Shown one piece after another: positions 18,148 through 28,087 of a stretch of DNA of 63,170 bases. The DNA lies in IMG/VR virus record IMGVR_UViG_3300035701_000027, positions 1 through 63,170 of that record; one strand, 5' to 3'. Position 1 is the first letter of the stretch, and the number at the start of each line of letters is the position of its first letter. Both the position numbers and the translations under genes were made by a program. The notes beneath the pieces are model-generated. The model was given only the letters and a program-made list of their open reading frames with translations. It had not been told where the DNA came from and searched no databases. This DNA comes from a virus. Its lineage: Duplodnaviria > Caudoviricetes.

Positions 18148-21100
18148 TGCGAGCTGTACTCCTGCTGATGGTTGCTTTCAGAGGTCGGCCGCTTGTCCAT
18201 GGCGGTCGCGCCGGCCGTATCCCTGGTCACGTACATGGTCTCGATCTCGCAGAGGATGACCGCGCTGGCACTGAATTCATACTCGTTCTGAATCTGCGGA
18301 TCATTGATTTTGCGGTCGTAAACGATGTCTCCGTCAACCGGCGTGTCCACGGTCTTCGCGGAATACACGGTTCCGTTGGCGACATAAATTTTCGTGGTTA
18401 CGATAAACCCCGTCCTAAAGCTCGCGCCCGGACGGATGGGTAGGATCTGAGCGTGGCTCTCCATGTGTTCGAGCATGACCTGAAAGCGCGAGCCCTGGTG
18501 AGCCGGCCCCTTGCAGGAGTTGACGATTTCCGTGTTGTCCTTATCCACGAAACTCTCTTCGAGATCGGATCCAGCGGGGCCGTTATAGGTGCTGATCTGA
18601 TACCATCTGCCCGTGCGTTCGTCGAGCATGATCTGGATAGGCATATCATGGGTATCGTCGATATTGAGGCCGCCCGTGTTCGGCATGGGCGAAACCATCT
18701 TTTCGCCGCCGAATTGCGTCCACTGGCTCCCCTGATGCGGAAGCACGGCAAAACGGAAACAGGCGCCCTCGGTCATATTGACGTAGTTTCTGGCGTCGCT
18801 GGACACGTTCGGGGATCCAAAAATCATGTATCCGCCGTTGCCGTCATAACTCGACATGACGCGGGTATGCCACAGCCGCAGGGTCTTCCAGATTTTGTTT
18901 TCGGCGAGATTAGCATCGCTGTATTGCCGGCCATCGAAAAGACGAGCGCCTGCGTCGTTGTTTAGCATGATGCTCTGGCCGATGGCGATGTCCTGGAGGC
19001 TGTCGATATGCGTCAGCCCCTTGCTGTCGATGATGGTGAACGCCGGTACGAGAAAAATCTCTTCGCCTATGTCCGGCGTTTTCAGGGCCGTAAACGCCGT
19101 GTAATTCGTGCCCCAGGTGGACGTGCGTCCGAAGGCTACCATGCGATCGGGATAATCCTTCAGCCTCGTCACGACATCCCTGATCCCCGTATCCACCTGC
19201 CATGCGGGGTGATGGAAGCCGACGATGTGCTTCCGCGTCGCAGGCGCTTCGGAATAGACGATCTTGCCGGTTCCAGGTTCGCAGACGAACATGAAATTGC
19301 TCCCGAGAGCGCCGATGTGGGACGACGGGAGGGGCCTGAAGAAACGTGTCTGGAGGACGAAGGAGGGATCGTCTGCGCGGCTGTCGAGATCCTCGTCCGT
19401 TATGAAATCATTATAAAAACGCGCAGGAACATAATCGGTGATTATTCCATACATGGACGAATGGGGCAACCCGAACGCGATTTCGTCTGGGGTCGAGTTT
19501 CCGTCCGCGAAGACAGCCATGTTCTTGTTGAAATAATCAATGGTGAGGGTGAGGCTTTCGGGCCCACACAGTCGCCCGTCCATGAACACCATCATTTTCT
19601 TGCCGTTATCGGACGGATCGAATTCATCACCCCCGACGCGGTAAAGTGTTCCGCTACCGTAGCTCTGCACCTTGTCGAAAATGACGAGCTTCGTATTGTT
19701 GGTTCCGGACGCTAATCTCCTTATCGGATCCCAGGCCACGGCAAGCCAGATGCCCGTTGCCGGATCCATGGGATCGGTCGGCCTCTGCCCGAATTCGATA
19801 TCCTCCTGAACCGTGCATTGGTTATCGGCATTAACGCGGAGAATATGTCGAACGCTTCCGTCTTCAACGAAAAGGATTCTGCCGGCATCTTCTTGCGAAA
19901 ATTTGTTCCAGGAATTTTGATACGCCGGATCAAGACCGTCAAGCACGACGGTATCCCCGACTTGGTATGCCCTGGATATTTTTTTCGCCCCTATCGCGCA
20001 TGGCACGGACGCCCTTCCGGATGGAACGATTGGATCGATCGGAAGATAATAGCTTGAGGCGAGAAATCCCCTTTCGTTATAGGACGGTAGGGCCGGGTCT
20101 TTTTCGTCCAGGAGGTTCGTTATCTTGAACACATCGCGGGTGTCTCCGGCGACAAGGTAGGAACCCTCATCGTCCCTGAACAAATATTTATTGTCGCCGT
20201 CCACGGATATGACGGGATTCGTATCGTCGGAAATCGTCGCCGTGAACGCCTTTATTATGGGAATGTCGCGTTGCCAAATCAGCAGATCGGGAAGTTTGTT
20301 CTCTGCGATGCCTGCCGTACCTGCGTTTTCGGATCCCCACATACCATAATGCGTGCTCTTGTTGTCCGGCGTGTTGAGATCGTAAACCATCTGCGGCGCG
20401 TCCACGCTGACGAGTTGGAGCACGCCGATGGGAGTCGTCCCGCCGCCCATCTGGAGAAGACCCGTAATCGGAGTGGGCGTCCCAGGAAGAACAGGCTCTT
20501 CGACGTAGCCCACGACCGTCCCATCCAGCTTCCCGCCATTTATTACGAGTTGCGGATTCCCGTCCACGATCCTGAAATAACATTCGCATCCGGGAAAATA
20601 GACCCTCATGTGGCGTTGCATTTCTGCGGCAACGTCATCCATCGTTTTTGCATCGGTAAAGTCGCCTGCGAAATCAAAGGATCCGATTTCGTTGATATTA
20701 ATGCGCCACGAACCGAATCCGTAGAGATTCCATATCGCTATGTCTATGACGAGGCCGGATCCGCTTGAAAGCTCCCAGTATTTCGCCATCCCGCTTCCAA
20801 GGGGAAGATCGGCGTAAGCAATGCTCGCGTCCTTATGGTTGGCATCCGGAAGCACGGGCGCCGTCTCCGCCTGGATGACGCACTCCGCCGTCCTTCTGTC
20901 TCCGTACAGGCATCCTGGCCCGATTATTCTGGCGAGAGTATAAATGCGGTTTCTTCCGTTGGCCTTCACTTCCTGGAAGGTGTTTTCATAGATCCTGACG
21001 GTCGGCTGTCCGCCGTTTATCTTGAAATAATAGCCGCTGTTTTCGTCAAAGATGATCCTGAAAATACCATTGGTATTATAGGCGATGACCTCATCCTCGT

Positions 21101-21755
21101 CGAAGTCGAAATTCGTCCTCGATTCGGCGAGAATGTCTCCTCCGGCGGCACCTGCGGGATAAATCTCCTTGTATTCCTGGAAGGTGTTGTCGGTGAAATA
21201 AAGTTTCGTCCCGAGCTGGATGATGATGTTGCCGGTCTCCTCGCTGTATCCCGCGCCCCAAACCTTATGCTGTTGTTCGACGTGCGAATCATAGTCCCGC
21301 TCTTCGCTCGTCGCGGAAGTAAAAAATGGAGCGGACGGGTCGGACACGTCTATGTGTGTTATCTGATCGCGCGTCCCGTCGCTCCAAACAATGTAGTTTC
21401 CTTCGACAAGATAGGTGTAAAGGCGTCCGTCAGGAGTGGATCCGGCGCCATACAGATACACCTTGTTTCCGGACTTCGAGGCGCTGAAGAACCTATTGAT
21501 CGCAGGCACCAAAGGCACGTATTCCCGAAAGTCATAACACGGGACTTGCAGGGTTCTCATGGGTCTGCATCCCGTCCTACCTTTCGTGTATTTCGGATAG
21601 CAGATTTGATTGAAGACCGCCGCGAGCTCGTCCGCGCCCAACTCGGTCGCTGGTTCGTCCGAATTCATCCCGCCGCCAAAACTCGACTGTGTTTTGGTAA
21701 TGAGCTCCTGGTTCTGGAGCATCGTACCGGGATATGCGAGACGGCGTTGCGCCAT
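18144..21755 (-). CDS. Tail nozzle / DNA-stabilisation protein (P22 gp10 / T7 gp12-like position), 1203 aa
   Basis: N-terminal SFGGGMNSD motif; beta-rich; follows the adaptor. Confidence 0.6.
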   Translation of the reverse strand: MAQRRLAYPGTMLQNQELITKTQSSFGGGMNSDEPATELGADELAAVFNQICYPKYTKGRTGCRPMRTLQVPCYDFREYVPLVPAINRFFSASKSGNKVYLYGAGSTPDGRLYTYLVEGNYIVWSDGTRDQITHIDVSDPSAPFFTSATSEERDYDSHVEQQHKVWGAGYSEETGNIIIQLGTKLYFTDNTFQEYKEIYPAGAAGGDILAESRTNFDFDEDEVIAYNTNGIFRIIFDENSGYYFKINGGQPTVRIYENTFQEVKANGRNRIYTLARIIGPGCLYGDRRTAECVIQAETAPVLPDANHKDASIAYADLPLGSGMAKYWELSSGSGLVIDIAIWNLYGFGSWRININEIGSFDFAGDFTDAKTMDDVAAEMQRHMRVYFPGCECYFRIVDGNPQLVINGGKLDGTVVGYVEEPVLPGTPTPITGLLQMGGGTTPIGVLQLVSVDAPQMVYDLNTPDNKSTHYGMWGSENAGTAGIAENKLPDLLIWQRDIPIIKAFTATISDDTNPVISVDGDNKYLFRDDEGSYLVAGDTRDVFKITNLLDEKDPALPSYNERGFLASSYYLPIDPIVPSGRASVPCAIGAKKISRAYQVGDTVVLDGLDPAYQNSWNKFSQEDAGRILFVEDGSVRHILRVNADNQCTVQEDIEFGQRPTDPMDPATGIWLAVAWDPIRRLASGTNNTKLVIFDKVQSYGSGTLYRVGGDEFDPSDNGKKMMVFMDGRLCGPESLTLTIDYFNKNMAVFADGNSTPDEIAFGLPHSSMYGIITDYVPARFYNDFITDEDLDSRADDPSFVLQTRFFRPLPSSHIGALGSNFMFVCEPGTGKIVYSEAPATRKHIVGFHHPAWQVDTGIRDVVTRLKDYPDRMVAFGRTSTWGTNYTAFTALKTPDIGEEIFLVPAFTIIDSKGLTHIDSLQDIAIGQSIMLNNDAGARLFDGRQYSDANLAENKIWKTLRLWHTRVMSSYDGNGGYMIFGSPNVSSDARNYVNMTEGACFRFAVLPHQGSQWTQFGGEKMVSPMPNTGGLNIDDTHDMPIQIMLDERTGRWYQISTYNGPAGSDLEESFVDKDNTEIVNSCKGPAHQGSRFQVMLEHMESHAQILPIRPGASFRTGFIVTTKIYVANGTVYSAKTVDTPVDGDIVYDRKINDPQIQNEYEFSASAVILCEIETMYVTRDTAGATAMDKRPTSESNHQQEYSSQ

Positions 21756-22445
21756 TTAGAATTTCCTTCTCAACGTCCCCGATGGTTGCCGTGGCGTGTA
21801 AATCCCCCTGTACTTCGCCCAAAATTCGGGAGCGAGCTGTCTCTCGAATTTATCCATCCGGTCGCTCCTGCCGTAATCAAAATATTCGATGTAGCCGAGC
21901 GCGCCCTCGATGAGCATCTCCTCGTCGTCCTGCGGCACCATGAGGGGGATGGAATCGGAAGTGAGCTGGAGTGGCTCGATGACGGCGCGCATCTTGTACC
22001 TTTCGGGATACGTGCCTGGATCGAACGGGAATATCACCCGCGCGCGCTTATCCTGGAGCGCGGGCTTCGGGGTGAACTTCCAGTTGACCTTCGTGCCCTC
22101 GATTTCTTTGATATACCGACTGATGGCGGTCATCGCGCCGTAATCGTTAAGAATGATGTTTTCGCTGAAGATTTCAAAGATGTTCGAGATTCGGATCGGC
22201 ACGGGGCCCACGTCCGGATCGACCTCGATGTTCACGTCAGGTATTTCGTAATCCCGCGTGGGCGTCGCAGTTGCAAGGAAGGGGTAATCCCCAGTAGCCG
22301 GGTCGATATAGGTACTGATGGTTGTCGGCTTCTTAAAAGCGAAATTTTGGGCACGGTTGAGCATGGCAAGGATTGAGCGGCTGCCATCTCTGCTCCAATT
22401 CGGGGCCTTGAGTTTGATCTCATCAACCACCGTATAAGTTGACAC
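21756..22445 (-). CDS. Head-tail adaptor protein
   Basis: ILAMLNRAQ..; ..PLMVPQDDEEMLIEGAL pattern; position between capsid and nozzle. Confidence 0.6.
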   Translation of the reverse strand: MSTYTVVDEIKLKAPNWSRDGSRSILAMLNRAQNFAFKKPTTISTYIDPATGDYPFLATATPTRDYEIPDVNIEVDPDVGPVPIRISNIFEIFSENIILNDYGAMTAISRYIKEIEGTKVNWKFTPKPALQDKRARVIFPFDPGTYPERYKMRAVIEPLQLTSDSIPLMVPQDDEEMLIEGALGYIEYFDYGRSDRMDKFERQLAPEFWAKYRGIYTPRQPSGTLRRKF

Positions 22446-22460
22446 AATCCCCCCTTTCGA

Positions 22461-23324
22461 CTACTTCGGAGAATCAGGCGGCGACTCGGCCTGCGGTTCG
22501 CTCACCGGCTCGGCCTCTTCCGCAACGGGCGCGGGAGCGATCTGCTCCACGATTCCGTTGGCGTCGTACAGCCTGATGATTTCCTTCCTGATTTCCGGCA
22601 CTATGATGTCCCTGTAATATTGGTTCTTCTTCCAATGCCGGCCGCTGTCGAGCTGGAGCTTGTCGATCAACGGTTTGTATCTGGAATAGATCGTTTCTTC
22701 CGCCTGCTTGTCGCACTCCAGCCTGGAGAGCTTCGGCAGGGTCGCGGGATCCGGCGCCTTCGGCATCTTTTCCGCCTGCTTTTCGGCGCTACCGAAAACG
22801 CTTTTCCCCGGATCGGGAGTCACGGGAGGGGCCTCCTCCTTCTTAGGTTCCGAGACCGGCAGGGAGTTTCCGTAAACACCGACGATTCTTGTCCGGACGG
22901 GCTCTTTAACGCCGAGTTCCGTCGCCATCTTCTTGATCTCCGCCTGGATCACTTCTCGGTTCACGGTGCCCGTTGGCGTGATCATGCCGGCGATGGCGTA
23001 GTGCGCGCTGTAAAAAGAGAGGGCCAGAATGCGTCTGTTGTACGGGGTGTCGGCGCAATATGCCGTGGGCACGTTGTTCTCGTCAGGCTCAAAGAAGAGT
23101 TCGCCACGTTCAATCGTCGGCACATAGGATGTCTCCATGAGACGGGGGTTGCGTTTCGCCACAAACCCCAGGATTTCAAAGCCAAAATACGAGGTTCGGA
23201 ATTCGTTTTCCTTTTTCCACCGCAGGATGAAGACATTGACGTTGTTTTCCAGCATCAGGTTAATCTTCTTCTCGGGCGTCATGCCGGCTCGGGCGCCGGT
23301 ATTGATTGCTTGCTGAAGGGCCAT
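22461..23324 (-). CDS. Hypothetical protein downstream of the capsid gene
   Basis: 287-aa ORF with SD AAGGA. Confidence 0.7.
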   Translation of the reverse strand: MALQQAINTGARAGMTPEKKINLMLENNVNVFILRWKKENEFRTSYFGFEILGFVAKRNPRLMETSYVPTIERGELFFEPDENNVPTAYCADTPYNRRILALSFYSAHYAIAGMITPTGTVNREVIQAEIKKMATELGVKEPVRTRIVGVYGNSLPVSEPKKEEAPPVTPDPGKSVFGSAEKQAEKMPKAPDPATLPKLSRLECDKQAEETIYSRYKPLIDKLQLDSGRHWKKNQYYRDIIVPEIRKEIIRLYDANGIVEQIAPAPVAEEAEPVSEPQAESPPDSPK

Positions 23325-23362
23325 TTTTCTTCCTTTTGTTGAATTGCTACTTTTTTGCTACT

Positions 23363-23398
23363 TTTTAAAAATTGGCAGACTACTTCCGCCGTCTGCCA
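23363..23398 (-). terminator. Rho-independent terminator after the major capsid gene
   Basis: TGGCAGAC..GTCTGCCA stem followed by ATTTTT on the minus strand. Confidence 0.65.
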
Positions 23399-23419
23399 GG
23401 GCAGGTTCTTGCTGCTCCC

Positions 23420-24802
23420 TTACGGAGTCACCGTCACCAGGGTCGGCTTGGACATGATAACAAGGCAGGTGCCCCGGTTATACTGTGTCGCAACCTGATC
23501 GGTCTGCGGAGACGTTGGATCCACGTTGTACTGCGCGAGCATGATACCGGCACAGGTGTACGCGCCCTTGCCCTTGACCATTTCGTAGTCGTAGGCCTCG
23601 GTAGCGTACTTGAGCTGTGACACGATCCACTCGACAATACCGCCTTTCGCATACACACAGCCCACGTCAAAGACGAGGTTGCTGGAGCTGTTGAAAGGAG
23701 CGTGGTTTCTGCCGTCCGTGTTACCGGGGCAGAGGAAGCCAGGGGTAAGCGTCCAGGCCGGTGTCGTCCCGTCGCCGGCCACGGTGAGCGTGGCGTAGCG
23801 GGTGTCTTCGACCAGGAGCAGATGGCGAACCCGACAGTAGGCGCCGGGGATCATCTGCTCGATCTTCTGGAGCGCCATGACTTCCTTCCAGATGTAGCCG
23901 ATGTTGGTCTGCGAACCCGTGGGATTCAACAGCTTGATCATCTGCGTGGAAGGCAGGGCGAAGACGAGCGTGGCCTGTCCGCCGATCATGATCGGCTCCA
24001 GCTTCAGGTTCTCGACGCAATGATAGTCGAGCGCGAGCAGGCTCTCGATGGAGAGCTGGGCGTACTCGGGGTGCGTCCAGTTGCTCGTCGCGGCCTTCAG
24101 CGTGGTGCAAATGTTCGCCACGTATGAGCCGGAACCGTCGGCAATGGAATCGTACTTGAATGGCAGGGCGGCGTCCGCGCCGGGATAGTTGGCGCCGACG
24201 GTATCGACCTCATCACGGGTGTCGAAGACCGGCATCCCGCCCAACGCGGTGTTGGGTACGAAGATGTTGTCGTTGAACCTGTGCTTGAGGAAGATGGGAT
24301 CTTCGGTCAGCTCGGCGGCGACCGTCAGCATGGAGGCCTCGCGGATGCGCTTCCCGCGCAATTCCGAGAAGTAGTCAACCATGAGAGGGCCGATCTGGCC
24401 GTAGAGATCGTAGGCGCTCACGTCGTTGGCGTTCACGCCGTAGGTCTCTGTTGCGACCGCTTTTCTGATCAGGTTGTAATAGACCGTCAGGTGACGAAGC
24501 CGGAGGGTCTCTTCCTTGCCGATCAGGGTTGCGGGGCCATGGGACGGCGCACCGCGCAGGCGCATGAGCAGGGGGAAGGTTGTGGAGTGGGCGCCTGTGA
24601 CCTGCTTTTCCATCTTCAGGAAGATGGCGTCAGGCACGTTCGCACCCTTTTCAGAATAGTCCACGATCGCGGACAGTTTCTCGAACACATCGTTGATGAT
24701 CGATTCCGTCCGCAGTTTCGTGTTGTACGCCTTGATCTGAAGGGCGAGAGCGCCCATCCCGGAAAGCGTAACCGGAGTGACTGGAGCTACTTGTGAAGTC
24801 AT
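23420..24802 (-). CDS. Major capsid protein (N4-gp56/DUF4043-like)
   Basis: TFPLLMRLRG..LIGKEETL motif; 460 aa; strong codon bias; follows the scaffold; own terminator. Confidence 0.75.
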   Translation of the reverse strand: MTSQVAPVTPVTLSGMGALALQIKAYNTKLRTESIINDVFEKLSAIVDYSEKGANVPDAIFLKMEKQVTGAHSTTFPLLMRLRGAPSHGPATLIGKEETLRLRHLTVYYNLIRKAVATETYGVNANDVSAYDLYGQIGPLMVDYFSELRGKRIREASMLTVAAELTEDPIFLKHRFNDNIFVPNTALGGMPVFDTRDEVDTVGANYPGADAALPFKYDSIADGSGSYVANICTTLKAATSNWTHPEYAQLSIESLLALDYHCVENLKLEPIMIGGQATLVFALPSTQMIKLLNPTGSQTNIGYIWKEVMALQKIEQMIPGAYCRVRHLLLVEDTRYATLTVAGDGTTPAWTLTPGFLCPGNTDGRNHAPFNSSSNLVFDVGCVYAKGGIVEWIVSQLKYATEAYDYEMVKGKGAYTCAGIMLAQYNVDPTSPQTDQVATQYNRGTCLVIMSKPTLVTVTP

Positions 24803-24829
24803 GAGAAAATTTACCTCGTTTTAATGGTT

Positions 24830-26257
24830 TTAGACACCATCAAGGCGAGGAGCCACCAGCCCGACCTTCTTGAAAGCGGCCTGCCATATCTGGCGCCTGA
24901 CCGGATCCCGCAGAAGCTCCGCCTTTTCCGCCGCATTACGCGGCATGTCGAGGAGGTTTCCTAATTGGGATTCAGTCAGACTATCGACATTAGCCGAGGA
25001 GGCGCCTGTCGGTAAATCGGTTGCAAATCGCTTTTTTTGTTCCTCCGCCGCCAGGAGAGCTTGCGCCCTCGGGTCGGCAGGGGAAGAAGGACTTGGCTGT
25101 TGCGGAGGGGCCTCCGGAGCCGAAGGGCTCGCGGATTCCCCGCCCATCGCCGTCAGGTATCTGTATGTTTCTTCCAGGGTGAACGGAACCTCTTTGCCAG
25201 AGACCGGATCGTTCCGCTTGAGGCGTCTTTTTTCTGCGATAAGATTCAACAGTTTGAAGTAACGGTCGAGATTTTCCGGAGAGCGCAGTCCGATTTTTTC
25301 AGCTTCCGCTCGGAGTAGTTTCCCTTTCTCGCTCATTTGATTGAGAAAGATATCCATGACGGCGAGATTCTGTCTCGGATCCCCGTTGGTTCCGGCCAGT
25401 TGACCGAGATCGTCGAGAAACTCTCGATATTCCCCGTCAAAGACCTCCACGGGCTTTCCGATGTTGAAATCCTCCTTGCCACGGATGAAGGATTCGGCCT
25501 CCCCATACTCGGACTTGACGGATTCCTCCCGCTTCCTACGGGCCTCATCCACCTCAGTCCTTTTCTTGCTGTCGGCTTTTTCCTTCTCCCATTCCTCCCC
25601 GCGCTTTTTGTCGGATTCCTTCAAGCGCTCGATCTCCCGTTCCTGCGCCTGAAGTTTCTCGGAGAGTTTCTTCAGGTACTCGGGGTCGTAGGGGTCGAGA
25701 ACCTCCGCCGCCTTGTCGGCATCGGTGAACTTCGGGTTCTCTGCGGGTTTCGGTTGCGCTACCGGCGCCGGTGCCGGAGCCTCCGAAGGCTTCACAGCCT
25801 TTAAGGCTTCGAGATCGGCGCGCATCTGCGTCTCGCGCTCCCGCATCTCGTTGATGATGCCTTTCTGCCTGCGGATCATCAGCTCTTTTTCCTTCAATCC
25901 CTTCAGGGCCTCCCCCTTGGTCTTGTAGGCCTGCCTGGATCCGTCATCGAATGTTACTTCAAATTTGCCATCGTCGGTCTGACTGACGGCCTGGTGCTTC
26001 TTGTCATCGGCCACGGGGGTCTGTGGCGCGGGTGCAGGGGCCTCCGCCTTCGCAGGCGGATTCTCGGCCTCTGGCGCCGGCGCATCCGGTTCCGTCTTGA
26101 CCTCCTCAAACTTTAGACGACCATCAAGATAGTCGGTCGCGAATTTCGGATCGGACTCGATCCTCTTCACGATCTCCGCCTCGGTCATTTCCATGACTTG
26201 CGGCTCGGCTACCAGCGTCGCCGGTTGCCCTTCGTTATCGGGCTTCAGGTCTTCCAT
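24830..26257 (-). CDS. Capsid scaffolding protein
   Basis: Acidic coiled coil with Pro/Ala linkers, immediately upstream of the capsid gene. Confidence 0.7.
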   Translation of the reverse strand: MEDLKPDNEGQPATLVAEPQVMEMTEAEIVKRIESDPKFATDYLDGRLKFEEVKTEPDAPAPEAENPPAKAEAPAPAPQTPVADDKKHQAVSQTDDGKFEVTFDDGSRQAYKTKGEALKGLKEKELMIRRQKGIINEMRERETQMRADLEALKAVKPSEAPAPAPVAQPKPAENPKFTDADKAAEVLDPYDPEYLKKLSEKLQAQEREIERLKESDKKRGEEWEKEKADSKKRTEVDEARRKREESVKSEYGEAESFIRGKEDFNIGKPVEVFDGEYREFLDDLGQLAGTNGDPRQNLAVMDIFLNQMSEKGKLLRAEAEKIGLRSPENLDRYFKLLNLIAEKRRLKRNDPVSGKEVPFTLEETYRYLTAMGGESASPSAPEAPPQQPSPSSPADPRAQALLAAEEQKKRFATDLPTGASSANVDSLTESQLGNLLDMPRNAAEKAELLRDPVRRQIWQAAFKKVGLVAPRLDGV

Positions 26258-26344
26258 TCTTTGCTCCTTGTTTCCTTCGCGGGGGTGTCTCCGCTTACGG
26301 GTTTATACGTTTGCGCTCGGAAAGGGGTTTCCGCTCCGCGCGCG

Positions 26345-28084
26345 CTATGCCTTTTCTTCGACTGCGGTTTCTCCGCCACGGAAACGACGGCCGCCCATTC
26401 CGGGCCTGGACGCCTCCATCTCTGGGCTTTCAGTCTCCGAGACTATATTCTCGAAAGCCGCGACAAGATCCCTGGCGTCTGCCGCCATTTCCTTCAGGCG
26501 CGCGGCCAGAACGCTGTCGTTCATCGCGTCCTTACGGGCGTTGTCGATGTCCGATGCAAACTGCTTGAGCTCATCGAGATACCGCTCCGCCTCCATCTTT
26601 TCTCCGGAGGAGACTGCGGATTCGAGTTTTCCGAAGAGCTCATCGCCCCGAGAGACGAGTTGCGGGTCGATGCCTTCGGTTCCGGAGTATGAATCAAACG
26701 GGCCTTTCATATCGCCCTCTTTTCCTTTGTCCGGCGGTGTTTCCGCCGGGGTTTCCACGGGGCCGCCTGCCTGGAACCCCGCCCCGGAAGCCACTCCGAC
26801 CTCCGGTTTCGCATTGTACTGAAGCGCGGCCTCGTTTCTCTTGTAGCCGACGCCGACAGCGGTTGTTTCTGTATCCATCTGCGAGACGACCTTGCTGAAT
26901 CGTTTGGTCTCGGCGTCATCGGGCGTTGCGGTCTTGAGTTTGCCTTCCTCAATGACGCAATCATAGACCGTCGCCACGTCTCCAGGCTTTTTGACGCCGA
27001 ATTCTTTTTCGATCTGCGCGCCGGTCATCTTCCGATCCGACACGGGGCCGCCCTTGGCGAAACTCATGTCGGGTTTCTTCTCTGGGAAGTCCTCTTTTTT
27101 GTCGCCCATCGCCTGCTGTTCCGGTTTCGCGGACGGATCCTTTTTCTGCTCGGGACTCTTGGCCGGCAACACGCCGCCCTCGTAATCGCCCTCCACGGGG
27201 CCTCCGTGGAATTTCTTTTCCACGCCTTCCGATTTCCTGGAAGGGTTCATAAAGGGCGCCCTTCCTACCCTGAACCTTCTGCCGAGAGCATTGTTCATGG
27301 CCTCCCTCCGGCGCTGTTCGTCCGCGCTGATCGGAAGATTCCCCGCCGTTGGGGCGGCGGCTTGCGCAAGGGGCCCCTGCGCCGTCGGGGCAACAGGCGT
27401 GGCCGGCGCCGAAATAGGGGTAGGCGAAGTAGGAGCGGCGGGAGCTGACGGCGTGGCCATAGCGCCAGGGGCCGCAAGCGTCGGAGGCGTGGCTTTGCCG
27501 GCCATGCCGGAGACCTGCGAGACCGCCGCCGCCTCCTTGGTCTGGAGAGGATTGACTTCTCCGCCTGCCTGAAATTCAGGCACTTCCTCGCCTGCGACTT
27601 CCTTCTCTTTCGTCACCTTGATCTTCTTCAGGGGCTTGATGTCGATCGGTTTGAATTTCGGTTCGTATTCGGCCGCCTTCCTTATCTCGGTTTCGGGCTC
27701 CTTCCATTCTCCGGCGAGGAGCTGTTTTCCGGTATCGGGATCGATTATGGTTCCATCCCACCTGCCATTCTCATCGATCACCACTTTGATCTTTTTGTCC
27801 TGGAGATTCTTCTCCAGGAGAAGTTTCCATAGGTCACGCCAAGTCTCACCTGTGCCGTATCTCCCCATGTATTCGGCGAATTTCCTTCCGGTCGTGATAT
27901 TCTCTCCGGATTTTAGCTTGCCGGATCCTTCTGCGCCGGATCCAGGAAGCTCGGGCTCGGAAACATCCGTCGCCGTAACATCGGCTGGGGTTTCGGCGGT
28001 ATCGATGTCGATCTCCCGCTTGACCTTGTACTTTTTCTTGGCGAGCGGAGAAGTGATTTCGGTTTCGGGCATACGAATAGCCAT
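26345..28084 (-). CDS. Low-complexity head-module protein with six [FY]x(1-2)GG motifs
   Basis: FQAGGEV, FHGGPV, YEGGVL, FAKGGPV, FQAGGPV, FRGGET; lies between portal and scaffold. Confidence 0.7.
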   Translation of the reverse strand: MAIRMPETEITSPLAKKKYKVKREIDIDTAETPADVTATDVSEPELPGSGAEGSGKLKSGENITTGRKFAEYMGRYGTGETWRDLWKLLLEKNLQDKKIKVVIDENGRWDGTIIDPDTGKQLLAGEWKEPETEIRKAAEYEPKFKPIDIKPLKKIKVTKEKEVAGEEVPEFQAGGEVNPLQTKEAAAVSQVSGMAGKATPPTLAAPGAMATPSAPAAPTSPTPISAPATPVAPTAQGPLAQAAAPTAGNLPISADEQRRREAMNNALGRRFRVGRAPFMNPSRKSEGVEKKFHGGPVEGDYEGGVLPAKSPEQKKDPSAKPEQQAMGDKKEDFPEKKPDMSFAKGGPVSDRKMTGAQIEKEFGVKKPGDVATVYDCVIEEGKLKTATPDDAETKRFSKVVSQMDTETTAVGVGYKRNEAALQYNAKPEVGVASGAGFQAGGPVETPAETPPDKGKEGDMKGPFDSYSGTEGIDPQLVSRGDELFGKLESAVSSGEKMEAERYLDELKQFASDIDNARKDAMNDSVLAARLKEMAADARDLVAAFENIVSETESPEMEASRPGMGGRRFRGGETAVEEKA

Positions 28085-28087
28085 GAC

